Positions 59,484 to 61,225 of a DNA stretch of 61,225 nucleotides are shown here, one piece after another. The stretch's first letter is position 1. Each line of letters opens with the position of its first letter. The notes under the pieces are model-generated. The model did not search any database. It was not told the origin of the DNA and worked only from the letters and a program-made list of their open reading frames with translations. The position numbers and the translations under genes are program-made. The DNA lies in the IMG/VR virus record IMGVR_UViG_3300043437_000207, positions 1 to 61,225 of that record. The stretch is one strand, 5' to 3'. Source of the stretch: a virus. Its lineage: Duplodnaviria; Caudoviricetes.

Positions 59484-59833
59484 TACATTTCAACTTTTAG
59501 ATTTTCTCCATCTAAATTCATTACTTCCATTAGAGCATCATTTAAACTCATAATAGCAATAGCTTCTGGACTCATCATATCTTCATCTACATTATACTCT
59601 TTTTCTAAAATGTCAATAGCTTTAGTAATTAAAGCTTCCAATTCATTTTTCATGTTATTTAATCTACTCATTTTTTCTTCATTTTTACTAATTACTATTT
59701 TATATGCTGCATGAAAACCAGCTAAAAAACCTACATATAAATCAGGATGAGGAGCACCATAACTTTCTTCAAGCATGTACTTTTTAGCCATTTCTTCTCT
59801 TTCTCCATCAGCTAGATCTAAAATATTTTCCAT
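59483..59833 (-). CDS. Hypothetical protein
   Basis: 116 aa, coupled; GFLAGF motif common in small phage proteins. Confidence 0.6.
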   Translation of the reverse strand: MENILDLADGEREEMAKKYMLEESYGAPHPDLYVGFLAGFHAAYKIVISKNEEKMSRLNNMKNELEALITKAIDILEKEYNVDEDMMSPEAIAIMSLNDALMEVMNLDGENLKVEM

Positions 59834-60180
59834 CAGTCTTCAATTTTTAAAGTTTTGATTGCCCATTCTTTAGGCTTACCAGATGCAATCATATCTACCC
59901 ATTCTTTTGCACTAGGGATATACCCGTTGCAATCTTCTTTTACATGTTGTTCAGCAACATATCTTGTATATACAGTTTTACCATCTGAGTTGACAAAAGA
60001 CATTCCAAATATCTTTTCACATTCAAATATACCTTCACTATGATGTCTAAACATTCTGTGTTTACTATGACCAATCCATTTTTTAGTTTCATCAAACCAA
60101 TTATGTATTGCAATATAATCACTCCATTCTCCACCCCATTTTTTTATTGAGGATTTACAGTGTTCTAAAGGATGTGCCAT
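59833..60180 (-). CDS. His-rich conserved phage protein (DUF6915-like)
   Basis: MAHPLEH...KWGG...IHNWFD...HRMFRHH...EQHVKED...IPS pattern. Confidence 0.75.
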   Translation of the reverse strand: MAHPLEHCKSSIKKWGGEWSDYIAIHNWFDETKKWIGHSKHRMFRHHSEGIFECEKIFGMSFVNSDGKTVYTRYVAEQHVKEDCNGYIPSAKEWVDMIASGKPKEWAIKTLKIED

Positions 60181-60584
60181 TACTCTAAAGTTTTATCAAT
60201 CAAATTACCATCATGCGTATACTCTTCATACTCTGTAACTCTAATGTTATTATAAATACAATATTTACCGGACGGTACACAGATGCAAACATCTCCATTA
60301 CCCCCTTCATTATTCCACCAATCTTCAATATCTTGTAGTAGTTTATCATTAACCCATTCATCAACAGAATCAGTAAGATTACTATTTAAATCTTCAAGTC
60401 TATCTTCTAAAGAAAATGCATCTACTTCATCTAAAACATCAGATGGTTCATTTATTTCTCCAGTGGTATAATTTATGCTTTCAATTGCACCGCTGTCTCC
60501 TTCACCTTCATAGTGTACTCTGATACCAGTCACACCAAGGTCAGCCAACTGCAATAGAAGGCCTGTCATTTCTTTTTCTGTCAT
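60180..60584 (-). CDS. Acidic conserved phage protein (DUF6878-like)
   Basis: V-x-YEGEGDSGAIE and DWWNNEGG-x-G motifs; lies next to the DUF6915-like gene. Confidence 0.7.
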   Translation of the reverse strand: MTEKEMTGLLLQLADLGVTGIRVHYEGEGDSGAIESINYTTGEINEPSDVLDEVDAFSLEDRLEDLNSNLTDSVDEWVNDKLLQDIEDWWNNEGGNGDVCICVPSGKYCIYNNIRVTEYEEYTHDGNLIDKTLE

Positions 60585-60613
60585 AATTATTTTGTTTTGT
60601 AAAATCTATTCTC

Positions 60614-60839
60614 TTTCATTGTTCTTGTTGTTTAAAGGTTACTCAATATCAAGTTGTCTCATTTGATAATCATAGAATTCTATTTCATCTGATTCTTCAC
60701 AGCATTTATCACAAGACCAAAGAATTATAAGTCTTGTTTCTTTTGGGTCATCTTGTTGTTTATCTACAATTGTTGAATGTAGACAATTCATACATACAAT
60801 TCTGTTTTTTTCTGCTTTTTTCATTGTTCTTGTTGTTTA
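60614..60839 (-). repeat. 21-bp direct repeat (TAAACAACAAGAACAATGAAA on the minus strand) at 60614-60634 and 60819-60839
   Basis: Two identical copies of tttcattgttcttgttgttta bracket the 61-aa ORF. Confidence 0.9.
60639..60824 (-). CDS. Small Zn-ribbon protein
   Basis: CMNC...CDKC; its start codon lies within the 21-bp repeat. Confidence 0.6.
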   Translation of the reverse strand: MKKAEKNRIVCMNCLHSTIVDKQQDDPKETRLIILWSCDKCCEESDEIEFYDYQMRQLDIE

Positions 60840-61223
60840 GTTAATAATTTCCAAGTACTTATTGTACTTTCTTGTTATATACATGTTATCTTTTAAATCT
60901 TCATAAAGAGCATTCAATAGAGGTAAGTACATTTTACCTACAAAGTTTATTGAATATACTTCTATAGCAGATTTAATTTTATAAGGTTTAACCTTAACAG
61001 GTTTATCTAAGATAAATTCACAGAACTTTTTAAATGCATCAATAGTATGTTTTGTACCAACTAAAGATACACCATAAGTTGTGTACTGTTTTTCATACTT
61101 AAATATACAGCCATCACCATCAATCATTCCTCTCCAAAAGTGAGCATTATATAAATAAAAGTCTGGAACTTGATAGTCATGTGTTTTGTTTTTTACAACA
61201 CCTCTTTTTTCAAAAAACTTTCT
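60837..61223 (-). mobile_element. LAGLIDADG homing endonuclease, N-terminus cut off by the window edge
   Basis: Frame open to the window edge: RGVVKNKT...HFWRGMIDGDGCI...RKYNKY, typical of phage LAGLIDADG proteins. Confidence 0.85.
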
Positions 61224-61225
61224 AA

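Noticed and set aside
53588-60471. Short + strand or alternate-frame ORFs in the minus-strand block (53588, 57062, 59077, 59855, 59940, 60283)
   Set aside because: They overlap well-supported minus-strand genes and have no independent support.
1-61225. Stop-codon reassignment (TAG/TGA), known in some crAss-like phages
   Set aside because: Genes up to 11.8 kb are intact in the standard code, coding density is high, and TGA/TAG act as stops in coupled overlaps.
1-61225. tRNA genes, integrase, or reverse transcriptase/DGR
   Set aside because: Intergenic gaps are short and explained by terminators or promoters; no cloverleaf, recombinase or RT motifs were recognised.

Overview
Fragment of a crAss-like (Crassvirales-type) podophage genome, most likely infecting an environmental Bacteroidota/flavobacterial host (AT-rich, SD-less translation starts, TTTG...TAnnTTTG-type promoters). 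It reads in the standard genetic code. The + strand (1-48571) is the late/virion block: Cys-rich fibre-like proteins, an IHF-like gene, two tail ring/tubular proteins, the tail stabilisation (muzzle) protein, three cargo proteins punctuated by many xxxGG motifs, a GIY-YIG homing endonuclease and five large ejection-type proteins. These include a 3926-aa virion RNA polymerase polyprotein (zincin HEAWH, catalytic DFDVD, ASCH-like and AlkB-like domains). The - strand (48596-end) is the early/replication block: MazG-like pyrophosphatase, DUF932-like protein, family B DNA polymerase, PD-(D/E)xK exonuclease, MoxR AAA+/VWA-metallopeptidase pair, small hypotheticals and a truncated LAGLIDADG endonuclease. 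Most striking: (1) four consecutive, almost Cys-free ejection proteins carry Cys only at facing termini, suggesting a head-to-tail linked chain; (2) a repeated GG motif system in the cargo proteins; (3) a homing endonuclease that has taken over, and synonymously duplicated, the start of a virion gene; (4) linker-delimited ASCH/AlkB modules on the virion RNAP; (5) a palindrome at fixed spacing in two late promoters. All family calls come from motif recognition by eye, not database searches.
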